A program made the translations under genes and the position numbers. Below the pieces are notes generated by a model that saw only the letters and a list, made by a program, of their open reading frames with translations, searched no databases and had not been told where the DNA came from. A stretch of DNA of 64,000 nucleotides from an uncultured bacterium (GTDB lineage: Bacteria; Krumholzibacteriota; Krumholzibacteriia; Krumholzibacteriales; Krumholzibacteriaceae), in NCBI GenBank assembly GCA_963813815.1, contig CAWFAD010000016.1, positions 352,001 through 416,000 of the forward strand, in the 5' to 3' direction. Of this stretch, positions 18,193-27,815 are shown one piece after another (positions within the stretch are counted from its first letter, which is position 1; each line of letters opens with the position of its first letter).

Positions 18193-19974
18193 TCAGCGCA
18201 TCAACACGATCTTCCGGGATCGTGTCTCCCCTCCGGCCTCCACGCGGAAAAAATAAACGCCCGGCGCGGCGGCCCGCCCGCGGTCGTTCTTCCCGTCCCA
18301 GTGGAAACTCCGGAATCCCATTTGCATCGGCCCCTCGAAGATGGCGCGAACGCGACTCCCGGCGGCCCCGCACACCTCGGCGCCGACGCGGGCGTCGGCG
18401 TCGAGCCTCAGGAGGACCGTCGAGCCGGCGTTCGCCGGATTCGGATAGGGGGGGAAGAGGAATCCGGGAAACGGGGCCGCGGCGCGCGGGCTCTGCGCTC
18501 CGCTCTCGACTATCTCGTCGAGGTTGAGGTGCCCCTCGGCCGACGCGTCGACGATCTCGAGGTAGACCTCCCTGCCGTAGAGGGAATCCGTTCTCCAGAA
18601 GCGGGGCTCGAGCGTCTCGGCGCCGGTCCCCGTCGCGCTCGCGATGATCTCGTGGCTTCGCGAATCGCGGAGCGCGAGGAAAATCCTCGCGGGATCCTCC
18701 GTGCCGCCGATGAGGAACGATATCTCCGTGCCCGTGACGAGAAAATCCCTGCTTCGGACGCCCCCCACGGCCTCGTCGCCGACGAGGCCACCCTCGACGG
18801 TGGAGGTGAGGGGCCCCCGGTAGCGCTCGCGCGTGCCGATCCAAGAGTTGCCGGCGACGCCGACCGTCACCGGCTCTCCCCGGAATGCCGGATTCTCGCC
18901 GAAGGTCGGCTGATACGCGAACGCCGAGTCCGTCGAGAATATTGCGCTTCCGGTCTCGCCGAAGCGCGGGTCCGGATCGTCGAGATCGAGCGGCGACCAA
19001 TCCTCGAAAAACGTCCCGTCCTCCCCGACATACGGATCCCCGGCGTCGTCCCAGAAGAGCGAATCGACCTTCATGACGTTTCGGTAGACGCCGTCGGCGA
19101 GGTAGCTCTTGTGGCGCGCGATGAGCGTGTTCGGCCGGTCGCCGAAAATCTCCTGCGCCTGGCCGAGGGCGATGACCTTTCGCGTCTCCTTGCTCCAGGG
19201 GCCGTCCATCGATTCGGCGCGAACCACGGATATGCCGAGCACGCCGTGCTCGTTGAAGAAAAGATACCAGCGCCCGTCCCGCTCGACGAGCTGCGCCGAT
19301 TCGAGCACTTCCCCCGAATCGTTGACGAGGAGAGGTCCCCGGTCGCTCCACGAGAGTCCGTCGACCGATACCGCGTGGTCCACCGCGCCGAGGCCTTCCC
19401 GCGTCGTGGCGGTGTTGAGGACGTGCAGCGTATCCGATAGGCGGAAGACGTCCGGGTCGCGGCAGTTCGACCATTGCCCTTCCCGCCAGTCGAACCGCGC
19501 GGTGTCGGGATGGTAGATCGGATTCGACGGATGCGCGCGCCAGGCGAAAAGATCCTCGCTCTCGGCCATCCCCATGCGCTGGGCGACGCTCGAATCGACG
19601 CCCGTGTAGTAGAGGCGATACCCGTCCTCCCAGGGAACGATGTCGGGCGCCCAGATGTTTCTCTCGTCCCACGTCCCGGTGCCGACGCCGAGCACGTCCG
19701 GATGCATCGTCCAGTGCCGGAAGTCCTTCGTGGTCGCGTGTGCGAACGAAACCTCGTTTCCCGGCACGCGCCAATCCATCGCCGAATCGCTCCCGACGAT
19801 CATGAAGCAATGCCACTGGTCGCCGCGTTTCACAAAGCAGCGGTCCTTCGTGTAGCGGCCGGGAATGGCGAGGTACCGCTGATCGAAGGAAAAGCGCTCG
19901 AAGCCGGCGGCGCCTCGGGGCGACGCGAGGAGAACGATCGGGGCGATGAGGGCCGTCAGTATCCGCCGTTTCAA
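18193..19974 (-). CDS. Secreted five-bladed-propeller glycoside hydrolase (GH32/GH43-like) with C-terminal FlgD-Ig/T9SS-like domain
   Basis: TTG start with GGAGG SD (alternative ATG 20022); WAPDIV, CRDPDV and ESAQL; C-terminus PYPNPAN...WDGKNDRG...GVYFFRV...KIVLMR. Confidence 0.75.
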   Translation of the reverse strand: MKRRILTALIAPIVLLASPRGAAGFERFSFDQRYLAIPGRYTKDRCFVKRGDQWHCFMIVGSDSAMDWRVPGNEVSFAHATTKDFRHWTMHPDVLGVGTGTWDERNIWAPDIVPWEDGYRLYYTGVDSSVAQRMGMAESEDLFAWRAHPSNPIYHPDTARFDWREGQWSNCRDPDVFRLSDTLHVLNTATTREGLGAVDHAVSVDGLSWSDRGPLLVNDSGEVLESAQLVERDGRWYLFFNEHGVLGISVVRAESMDGPWSKETRKVIALGQAQEIFGDRPNTLIARHKSYLADGVYRNVMKVDSLFWDDAGDPYVGEDGTFFEDWSPLDLDDPDPRFGETGSAIFSTDSAFAYQPTFGENPAFRGEPVTVGVAGNSWIGTRERYRGPLTSTVEGGLVGDEAVGGVRSRDFLVTGTEISFLIGGTEDPARIFLALRDSRSHEIIASATGTGAETLEPRFWRTDSLYGREVYLEIVDASAEGHLNLDEIVESGAQSPRAAAPFPGFLFPPYPNPANAGSTVLLRLDADARVGAEVCGAAGSRVRAIFEGPMQMGFRSFHWDGKNDRGRAAAPGVYFFRVEAGGETRSRKIVLMR

Positions 19975-20142
19975 GATGGAAACCTCCCCGGCAACGGCCG
20001 GCAAGACGATAATAGACTTCATCGCGTCTTCCCGCCACAGGAAGAATGCGCGCGGCCCGCATCCGCGCCGTTGAAACGCCGCCCGCAAAAGGGTATATTC
20101 CACGGACGCGGAAAACGGGTCTTTACGGAACGGCGGGATGAG

Positions 20143-22011
20143 ATGATCGTCGTCGACGGCATATCGAAGAGCTACGGCGGCCAAGAGCTCTTCAAGAACG
20201 CGAGCTGCACGATCGGCGCCGGCGAGCGCGTCGGTCTCGTCGGTAGGAACGGCTCCGGCAAAACCACGCTCTTCCGGCTCATCGCCGGAGAGGAGGAGCC
20301 CGATTCGGGCTCGATCGCGCTTCCGAGAAACTACTCGATCGGCTACGTCAAGCAGGAGCCCGACTTCGCCGAGAGCACGGTGTTGCTGGAGGGGTGCCGC
20401 GGGCTTCCGCCCGCCGAGCGGGATCATCGCTGGAAGGTCGAGAAGATACTCGCGGGGCTCGGTTTCAGCGAGCGCGATTTCGAGAAGAGTCCGGCGGAGC
20501 TCTCCGGCGGATTTCAGGTGCGGCTCAATCTCGCGAAGACCCTCGTTCGGGAAGCGAACCTCCTCCTGCTCGACGAGCCGAACAACTACCTCGACATCAC
20601 CTCGATACGCTGGCTCGCCCAGCATCTGAGAAGCTGGCGGGGCGAGCTCGTGCTCGTCACGCACGACCGCGGATTCATGGACACCGTGGCGACCCACGTG
20701 ATCGGGATTCACCGGAAGGGCTTCCGCAAGATCGCCGGAGACACCGGAAAGCTCTACGCGCGGCTCGCTGCGGACGAGGAGACCTACGAGCGGACGAGGC
20801 TGAGCGACGAGAAGAGGAGAAATCAGGCGGAGCTCTTCATACGCCGCTTCCGGGCGAAGGCGCCGCTCGCGAGGCGCGTTCAGTCGAGGATCAAGGCTCT
20901 CGAGCGGCACGAGAAGCTCGAGAAGCTCGAGCAGGAGAAAAACCTCGATTTCTCATTCCGGTCGAAACCCTTCAACGGAAAGCCCGTCATGCGCGCCTCG
21001 GGCGTCTCCTTCGCGTACGAGCCGGAGAGCCCGCTTTTTACCGATCTCTCATTTTCCGTCGGACCGTACGACAGAATCTGCGTCGTCGGCAAGAACGGCA
21101 GGGGGAAAACGACGCTCCTCCGCGCGCTCGCGGGGCGGCTTCCCACGCTCGCTGGAGCGGTCACGCTGAACGCCACGGCCGCGGTCGGATACTACGCGCA
21201 GGCGAACGTCGGCGCGCTCGACGAGGAGCGGACCGTGCTCGACGAGATCTATCGCGCGGACCCGGCGATCGATCAGCAGCAGGCGAGGAACATCTGCGGC
21301 ATGATGATGTTCGAGGGGGACGCCGCGCTGAAAAAGATCAAGGTTCTCTCCGGCGGAGAGAAGAACCGGGTGCTCCTCGGAGCGATCATCGCCACACCGG
21401 TCAACCTGCTGCTCCTCGACGAGCCGACGAACCACCTCGACATGGAATCGTGCGACGCCCTCCTCGAGGCGATCGACGCGTTCGCGGGGGCGGTCGTGAT
21501 GGTCACGCACAACGAGATGCTGCTCCACGGACTCGCGGAGCGTCTCGTCGTGTTTCAGGGCGGAGGCGCGAGCGTGTTCGAGGGGAGCTACCAGCGTTTC
21601 CTCGACGACCGTGGATGGGACGAGGAGCGGGATCGCGGCGGCAGGGAGGCCGGCGAGGAGCCCGCGCGGCGGCGCGCGGAGCGGAGGGAATCGCGGAGAG
21701 AGCGGGCCGCGTTCATCAGGGAGCGTTCGGAAGCGCTGCGCCCGCTCGAGAAGACGATCGCGGATCTCGAGGGCCGGATCGCCGCCGCCGAGGCCGCTCT
21801 CGAGCGCCTCTACGAGAAGGTCGAGGCCGCCTCTCTCGATGGAGACAGCGCCGCCATCGCCGCGTCGTCGATCGGGATTCACGAGGCGCGAAACGAGATC
21901 GAGACCTGCTTCGGTCTGCTGGAGGCGGCGAGCGAGGAGTACGGCGAAAAGAAAAGCGCGTTCGATCTGCGCATGGGCGATTCAGAACCGTCCCCCCGCG
22001 GAGACAGCTAG
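20143..22011 (+). CDS. ABC-F family ATP-binding protein
   Basis: Two ABC domains (GRNGSGKT, LSGG, LLLLDEPNN; GKNGRGKT, LSGGE, LLDEPTNHLD), no TM segments, coiled-coil tail. Confidence 0.92.
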   Translation: MIVVDGISKSYGGQELFKNASCTIGAGERVGLVGRNGSGKTTLFRLIAGEEEPDSGSIALPRNYSIGYVKQEPDFAESTVLLEGCRGLPPAERDHRWKVEKILAGLGFSERDFEKSPAELSGGFQVRLNLAKTLVREANLLLLDEPNNYLDITSIRWLAQHLRSWRGELVLVTHDRGFMDTVATHVIGIHRKGFRKIAGDTGKLYARLAADEETYERTRLSDEKRRNQAELFIRRFRAKAPLARRVQSRIKALERHEKLEKLEQEKNLDFSFRSKPFNGKPVMRASGVSFAYEPESPLFTDLSFSVGPYDRICVVGKNGRGKTTLLRALAGRLPTLAGAVTLNATAAVGYYAQANVGALDEERTVLDEIYRADPAIDQQQARNICGMMMFEGDAALKKIKVLSGGEKNRVLLGAIIATPVNLLLLDEPTNHLDMESCDALLEAIDAFAGAVVMVTHNEMLLHGLAERLVVFQGGGASVFEGSYQRFLDDRGWDEERDRGGREAGEEPARRRAERRESRRERAAFIRERSEALRPLEKTIADLEGRIAAAEAALERLYEKVEAASLDGDSAAIAASSIGIHEARNEIETCFGLLEAASEEYGEKKSAFDLRMGDSEPSPRGDS

Positions 22012-22070
22012 ACGGGCGGAGCGCGCCCGGCGGCGGGCGCCGCGGGCCCTGAAGCCGTGGAATCCGTTCG

Positions 22071-23405
22071 CTACTGGATCTGCGCCCTGATGAGAGCCGC
22101 GCGGGCCGCGCACGAGGCGGCCTTTTCTATCTGATTGCTCTTCTCGTACAGACTCGCGAGGCTCTCGTTCACCTCGGCTACGTTCGGGTGATTGGGGCCG
22201 AGCTCCTTCTCGTAAATGGCGAGCAGGCGCCGGTAGACCGGCTCGGCCTCGCCATACTTGCCTTGCGCGCGGTAAATCGCCGCGAGATTGCGGAGCGAGA
22301 TCTGGACCTCGGGATGGCTCGATCCGAGGGCCTTTTCCCGGATCGCGAGCGCGCGCTCGCAGAGAGGCTCGGCCGCCTCGTGCTTGCCGCGCGAGGCGTA
22401 GAGAACCGCGAGATTGTTGAGCGGGGTGGCGAGCTCCGGATCGCCCGGGCCGATTCCCTTTTCGTAGATCTCGATCGCCCGTTCGTAGAGCGGCTCGGCG
22501 TCGTTCGGATGCCCCAGCGATTTGCGGATCGTCGCGAGGTTGACGAGGGCCGCCGCCAGCGTGAGATGATCGAGGCCGAGGCCCTTCCGGTAGATCTCGA
22601 TGGCGCGTTCGCAGAGCGGCTCGGCCTCCTCGAGCTTATCCTGGGAGAGATAGACGCTCGCGAGGTTGTGGAGCGAGCGCGCCACGTCGAGGTGGCCCGG
22701 GCCGAGCGTTTTTTCCTCGATGGCGATCGCGCGTTTGTAGAGCGGCTCCGCCTCCTCGTACCGGCCCCGCGCGCGGCAGATCTCGGCGAGATCGTGGAGC
22801 GAGGCGCCGACGTCGGCGTGCTTCGGCCCGAGCGTTTTTTCGCGGATCGCGAGCGCGCGACGGCAAAGAGGCTCCGCCTCCTTGTATCGCTCTCCCGCGC
22901 GATAGAGCTCGGAGAGATTGCTGAGAGAGGCGCCGACGTCGATATGATTGAGTCCAAGCGTCTTTTCCCGGATCGCGAGCGCGCGCCGGTAGAGAGGCTC
23001 GGCCGCGGAAGGCTTTCCCTGCGAGAAGCGGATCGCAGCGAGATTGGCGAGGGAGGCGGCAACCGCCGGATGATCGGGCCCGAAGACTTTTTCATAGATC
23101 GAGAGGGAGCGCTTGCAGAACCGCTCGGCCTCGGCGAGCTTTCCCTGCTCCTTGTGGAGCACGGCTATGCACTGCAGCGAGTTCGCCACGTCGGGATGGT
23201 TCGGCCCGTTCGACTTCTCGGCGAGCGAGAGGGCCTGCATCGCGACCTCGAGAGCCTCGATATGCTTGCCCTGCGCGCGAAGCGCGGCGCTGCGCTTGCC
23301 GAGAGCCGCCCACTCTTCGTTCCCCGCATGAGCGGCGGCGGCCAACAACGCGGCCGCGGCGCAGATTCCGACGAGCGATCGAAGCGTTTTCCCTTTCCGA
23401 ATCAT
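22071..23405 (-). CDS. Secreted tetratricopeptide repeat protein (kinesin-light-chain-type 42-aa repeats)
   Basis: About 9-10 repeats like LGPxHPxVAxSLxNLAxLY...EAEPLYxRALAIxEK; signal peptide. Confidence 0.9.
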   Translation of the reverse strand: MIRKGKTLRSLVGICAAAALLAAAAHAGNEEWAALGKRSAALRAQGKHIEALEVAMQALSLAEKSNGPNHPDVANSLQCIAVLHKEQGKLAEAERFCKRSLSIYEKVFGPDHPAVAASLANLAAIRFSQGKPSAAEPLYRRALAIREKTLGLNHIDVGASLSNLSELYRAGERYKEAEPLCRRALAIREKTLGPKHADVGASLHDLAEICRARGRYEEAEPLYKRAIAIEEKTLGPGHLDVARSLHNLASVYLSQDKLEEAEPLCERAIEIYRKGLGLDHLTLAAALVNLATIRKSLGHPNDAEPLYERAIEIYEKGIGPGDPELATPLNNLAVLYASRGKHEAAEPLCERALAIREKALGSSHPEVQISLRNLAAIYRAQGKYGEAEPVYRRLLAIYEKELGPNHPNVAEVNESLASLYEKSNQIEKAASCAARAALIRAQIQ

Positions 23406-23813
23406 CCTTGACCTCCAGCCTTTGAAGAGAGGCTTTCGCATAGATCAAGCCAAGCGGACGCGACGGCTCGCCCTCGGAACGGCCAGCGGCAATAGATTTA
23501 TAGATAATGAGTTATTGTGACGCCCGGGAGGCGGGAAGGGAAAGCTCCGGCGAGTCCCTCATGCAAATAGCCGACAGGATCTCCCGCCCATCGTGATGAG
23601 CCCGGAGAGGCGTCGGCTATTCTTTTGCCCCCATCGTCAGGTTGGGGCATCTCACAAACAGTTAAATCATATCCCTTTTAAAAAAGCGAGTCAAGGGAAA
23701 TTGAGATTAAGCGCATTACGTCAAATAAAAGAAAAACCAGCCGTGTTTCGGCGGCGGAGTATCGGACTTGAAGAATATTATTCCCGAAAAAGGGATTCGC
23801 TCTTAGCGGATTC

Positions 23814-23829
23814 AGGCACTGTTTATGCG
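23814..23829 (+). promoter_or_regulatory. Putative sigma54 (-24/-12) promoter
   Basis: AGGCACTGTTTATGCG = GG-N10-GC with GGCAC core, downstream of an AT-rich tract. Confidence 0.55.
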
Positions 23830-23911
23830 AAAATCTCCATCGGAGGCAATTTTCGTGCTCTGCGCTTGGATCCGAGATCCCGCTGAGCGGGATGTAAAGG
23901 ATAGATGCCGT

Positions 23912-25558
23912 ATGAAACGATACCTAGCGATGCTCGTCGTTTCGCTCGCTCTCATGGGAGCGTGCGATCGCGGCGACGGTATAGTCGACAGCACGGCGCC
24001 CGCGCCCGAGACTCCCGACGAGTCGATCGTGATTTCGAACTGCGCCGCGCTCGAGGACGCCGTTCTGGCCTTCGCGGCGGAGAACGACGGCGTGTACCCG
24101 GCGAGCGTCGGCGCCGATACGACCCTCGCCGGAAGCACCCTGTTGGATCTCCTGGGCGAGGGCGCCCTCGCGGAGAATCCCTTCACCGGCTCTCCCACGG
24201 CGCCGCTCGACGGCGCGGCGCAGAATCCCGGCGAAGTCGGCTACGCTCCGGTGTGCGAGGGAGACTGGAACGTCGGCTACCTCATAACGGGGTACGGGAC
24301 GTCGTCTCTCGTCGCGACTCTCAGCAACGTCGGTTCCCCCGAAGAGGCCAAGGTCCTCGCGAACTGCTTTATCGTGAGACAGGCCGCGGAGAGGCAGTAC
24401 TCCGACCACCCTTATTCGGGGTACCCTTTCGAAATCCCCTCAGTCGGCTGGCCGCACCTGTGGCTCTATCCTCTCATCGTGAACCCTTACACAGGAGAAG
24501 CCGGCATGCCGGTGCCGCGCATCGCCGAAACACGGGGAGAGGTCGGGTACACCTTCGCGCGGACGATTAACGGAGAGGTCGGTTACGTCGTTACGGGCTG
24601 CGGAGCGGAGGGGATTATCCTCGTGCTCTCGAATCTCGATCTCTCTCGCGAAGAAATGATCGTCGCATCGCGGTGCAGAACGATTCAGCTTGCCGCCGAG
24701 GCGTGGGCGCAAAGCCACGCGAGCTGCTATCCAACCGGGATGTCGTGCCCAGAGGGCGTGGCCTATCGGTCGATCCAGGCCGGCGAGTGGAACGTGGGGT
24801 ATCTCGTCACGGGCGCGGCGGACGGAACGCCGGTGTGCGAGCTCACGAACATCTCCTCCCCCGAGGACGCCGCCGTTCGGTTGAACTGTCAGCTTCTCAG
24901 AAAGGCCGTTGAGGAGTTCGCGGCGCTGAGCCTCGGCCGCTATCCGAACGACGTCGATCGCGATACGACGCCCGGAGGAGAGACGGTCGTCGATCTTCTT
25001 CCGCGCTCACATCTCTTTCTGAATCCGTTCACCGGCGTAGCCGCGGCTCCCGTAAATCATTCGGCGTCCGACGACGGGGAGATAGGGTACGCCGCGGTGT
25101 CCGCCGCGGAGGCGAGCTACCCGGGCGACTTCGAGATCGCCCCCGGCTACGTCATAACGGGAATGTGCGCCGGAAGTCGAGCCGTCGCCGTGACGAATAT
25201 GAGCTGCGACCAGATAGGGGCGGTGACGATCTCTCACTGTCGAACGCTTCAGCTCGCCGTCGAGCGATTCGCCTCGCTCAACGGCGGAGTGTATCCCGGG
25301 GATATTTCCTGCGACATGACGCCGGACGGCGATACGATAGTCGACCTCTTGCCGCGCGGGGCTTTTCTCCTCAACAGGGCGATCCTTTGCTATACCGAGC
25401 CGGTGGATGGCTGCGCCGTCTTGGAAGGTCAGGTGGGATACCATCCGGTTTGCCGAAACGGCGTGAACGTCGGCTGCGTCATTTCCGGCGTGGGATGCGA
25501 AGCGGGCACCACGGTGATGGTGATCGTCATGGAGCCGCCGTACGTCGAGGTTCCCTGA
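23912..25558 (+). CDS. Lipoprotein made of five tandem pilin/pseudopilin-head-like repeats
   Basis: Lipobox MGAC; repeated CxxL/IxxAxExFA..xGxYP ... NPF/YTG ... GEVGY ... GYxITG pattern. Confidence 0.7.
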   Translation: MKRYLAMLVVSLALMGACDRGDGIVDSTAPAPETPDESIVISNCAALEDAVLAFAAENDGVYPASVGADTTLAGSTLLDLLGEGALAENPFTGSPTAPLDGAAQNPGEVGYAPVCEGDWNVGYLITGYGTSSLVATLSNVGSPEEAKVLANCFIVRQAAERQYSDHPYSGYPFEIPSVGWPHLWLYPLIVNPYTGEAGMPVPRIAETRGEVGYTFARTINGEVGYVVTGCGAEGIILVLSNLDLSREEMIVASRCRTIQLAAEAWAQSHASCYPTGMSCPEGVAYRSIQAGEWNVGYLVTGAADGTPVCELTNISSPEDAAVRLNCQLLRKAVEEFAALSLGRYPNDVDRDTTPGGETVVDLLPRSHLFLNPFTGVAAAPVNHSASDDGEIGYAAVSAAEASYPGDFEIAPGYVITGMCAGSRAVAVTNMSCDQIGAVTISHCRTLQLAVERFASLNGGVYPGDISCDMTPDGDTIVDLLPRGAFLLNRAILCYTEPVDGCAVLEGQVGYHPVCRNGVNVGCVISGVGCEAGTTVMVIVMEPPYVEVP

Positions 25559-25702
25559 TCCGGCGGCATGAGGCCGCATGGGCAAGGGCTCGAAATCGCC
25601 CGGGAATGGCCGGACAGGAACCCGCGTTCGAGGATCAACCGGGAAGCCGCGGCAACCGAACGGCGCCAGGTTGAACGGTCTGGGGCTCAGTTCCCAGTCA
25701 TC

Positions 25703-25811
25703 TGTACCGAACGGTACAACATTCGAGATGCACCGGCCCGTCAGAACACCATTTAACTAGTTGTCATATAATCAATTAATGCGAACCGCCCACTCTGGCC
25801 TCCATCCTGCT
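25703..25811 (+). promoter_or_regulatory. Putative enhancer palindrome plus sigma54 promoter
   Basis: Perfect inverted repeat TGTACCG-AA-CGGTACA (25703-25718), AT-rich spacer, then TGGCCTCCATCCTGCT (GG-N10-GC, 25797-25810). Confidence 0.5.
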
Positions 25812-25890
25812 TTTATTCCCAATCGAAACCGGGCAGGAGACAGTTAGGAGACAGCGCAGCAGCAGCAGCAACAGGAGAAGGAGGTCCGCT

Positions 25891-26214
25891 ATGCGTAAGG
25901 TATTTTCGGTTCTTGCAGTCATCGTGGCCGTGTTCGTCCTCGCCGCTCCGTCGGCGATGGCGGGGGATTTCTTCTACAATTGGCTCCGTGACGACGACGG
26001 CGACGGTATTCCGAACTGCATCGATGGCGACTATGTGCCGCCCGAGGACGGCACGGGTTATGGGAAGCTCGGCCCCGTCGAGGGTCTGGCCCTGACCGAC
26101 GGCAACGACGATGGTAGCGATCAAATCCGGATTCGCACGGACAAGCGCGCCGGCGAGCTCAACGGATACAGCTACCTTTATCGGTACAGACACATGCGTC
26201 TCCTTGGGAAGTAA
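25891..26214 (+). CDS. Small secreted protein with DxDGDGIPN Ca-binding-like motif
   Basis: AAGGAGG SD; signal peptide ending AMA; RDDDGDGIPNCIDGDY motif. Confidence 0.75.
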   Translation: MRKVFSVLAVIVAVFVLAAPSAMAGDFFYNWLRDDDGDGIPNCIDGDYVPPEDGTGYGKLGPVEGLALTDGNDDGSDQIRIRTDKRAGELNGYSYLYRYRHMRLLGK

Positions 26215-26264
26215 GGGATAGCAACGAGGCCCGGTCCGCTCTCGCACCAGAGAGTCTGACTGCG

Positions 26265-26301
26265 GTGCCCCCGGAAGGAAACTTCCGGGGGCGCTTTTTT
26301 T
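26265..26301 (+). terminator. Intrinsic terminator
   Basis: GTGCCCCCGGAAG-GAAA-CTTCCGGGGGCGC followed by T7. Confidence 0.85.
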
Positions 26302-26307
26302 ATTGGA

Positions 26308-27738
26308 TCAACTCTCTCTGAATTCGACGAGGAATCGCATGAAGGCGGCGGCGTCCTCGAAGTTCGACGCGAGCCCGAGCGAGATGCGCACGGCCCCCGT
26401 GCTCTTTCCGTCGATGCACTGGCGGAACTGCTCGAGCGACAGACGCGCTCCCGACCCGCCGAGACACTGAACCATCTCGTTCCTCGAGAGGCCGAGGGCG
26501 AGCTCGCCGGCTCCCGGATTGCAGAAGCATCCGGTGCGGAGCGAGATCTTCCGGCGGTTCGCCCGCTCCTCGACGAGGAGATGGTTGATCGACTCGCCGG
26601 CGCCGTCGTACACGTTGAAGGCGATCGTCGCGCCGCGCATCGCGGTGTCGACCGGGCCGTACACGCGGACGATCGGGCGGCCGTTCGCGTGCGTCATCGA
26701 CGCCATCCCCTCGAGAATCCAACCGGCGAGGCACATGACGCGCGTGTGGATGGCGTCGAGGCCGATCGAGTCGATGAAGTCGAGCCCCCGCTCGACGGCC
26801 GGGAGGCAGGCGTAGTTGAGCGTGCCGTCCTCGAATCCCTGGGCGCCCGCCGCGAGAAAGTGCCGGTCGGCCTGCACGGAGGCGACCGTGATCGTGCCCC
26901 CCGCGAACCACGGGCGCTGGAGCTTTTCGAGCGCCCCGCGCCGCGCGATGAGCGCGCCGACCCCCGTCGGGTAGCCGAACATCTTATAGAACGAAACCGC
27001 CGTGAAATCGGGGTGGTGCCGCCCGAGGTCGAGACGATTCGTCGGCACGAACGCCGCCGCGTCGAGAAGTACGTCCCAGCCCGCCTCGTGCGCGCGATCG
27101 ATCCACTCGAGGGGATGCTGCACGCCCGAGAAGTTGGACTGGGCCGGATAGGCGAAGAGACGGTTGCAGTTTCGCGGGCTCTCCGCGAGGCAGCGCTCGA
27201 GAACGCAGTCGAGAATCCGCAGGTCGGGAGGCATGACGGGGACGTACTTCGTCACGGCTCCGTGGATCCGGTCATACTCGCGGATGCCGTTCACCGAGTT
27301 GTGGTTGTCGAAGCTGAGGAGCAGCACGTCTCCCTTGCAGAAGGGATACCCCTCGCCGACGAGCTTCAGCGCGTGCGTGGCGTTCGCCGTCAGCACGGGG
27401 ACGTACTCGTCGGGAGAGGCGTTGAAGAACTCGAGAATGCGATGGCGGCAGCGCTCGACGTAATCGGTCGCGATCATCGAGGTCGGATTGGTGGAATGGG
27501 GATTGCCGAGAACGGTGCCGAGGAGAAAATCCGCGTGACCCCGGACGTGCGACTCTCCGTACAGCCCGCCGCCGGTATAATCGAGATAGACGTGTCCGAG
27601 CCGGTCGAGCCGCGAAAACTCACGGCGCCGGATCTCGTCGAGCTGCGCCGTATCCGCGTATCGCGGATAGCGCTCGAGGAACTCCTCGTAACTCGTTTCC
27701 GCCGTCCCCGTTCGGGGCGGGGTAGGGTCCGTGCTCAT
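26308..27738 (-). CDS. Class V PLP aminotransferase, Moco-sulfurase-like cysteine desulfurase domain
   Basis: YLDYTGGGLY, GNPHS, HNSVNGIRE, SFYKMFGYPTGVGAL and LRTGCFCNPG motifs. Confidence 0.85.
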   Translation of the reverse strand: MSTDPTPPRTGTAETSYEEFLERYPRYADTAQLDEIRRREFSRLDRLGHVYLDYTGGGLYGESHVRGHADFLLGTVLGNPHSTNPTSMIATDYVERCRHRILEFFNASPDEYVPVLTANATHALKLVGEGYPFCKGDVLLLSFDNHNSVNGIREYDRIHGAVTKYVPVMPPDLRILDCVLERCLAESPRNCNRLFAYPAQSNFSGVQHPLEWIDRAHEAGWDVLLDAAAFVPTNRLDLGRHHPDFTAVSFYKMFGYPTGVGALIARRGALEKLQRPWFAGGTITVASVQADRHFLAAGAQGFEDGTLNYACLPAVERGLDFIDSIGLDAIHTRVMCLAGWILEGMASMTHANGRPIVRVYGPVDTAMRGATIAFNVYDGAGESINHLLVEERANRRKISLRTGCFCNPGAGELALGLSRNEMVQCLGGSGARLSLEQFRQCIDGKSTGAVRISLGLASNFEDAAAFMRFLVEFRES

Positions 27739-27815
27739 GCGCGATGCCTCCGGTCGAAGCGACGCTTTCTACAGTATCGAACGTCCGCCCCGCTGTCAAT
27801 ACGCGCAAAATCCGG

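Noticed and set aside
22071..23405. 126-bp periodicity that could suggest a repeat array or CRISPR
   Set aside because: It is explained by degenerate 42-aa TPR coding repeats; there are no identical repeats with unique spacers.
25856..25872. Short (GCA)n run upstream of the small secreted protein
   Set aside because: Only about five units in an untranslated leader; too short to support phase variation.
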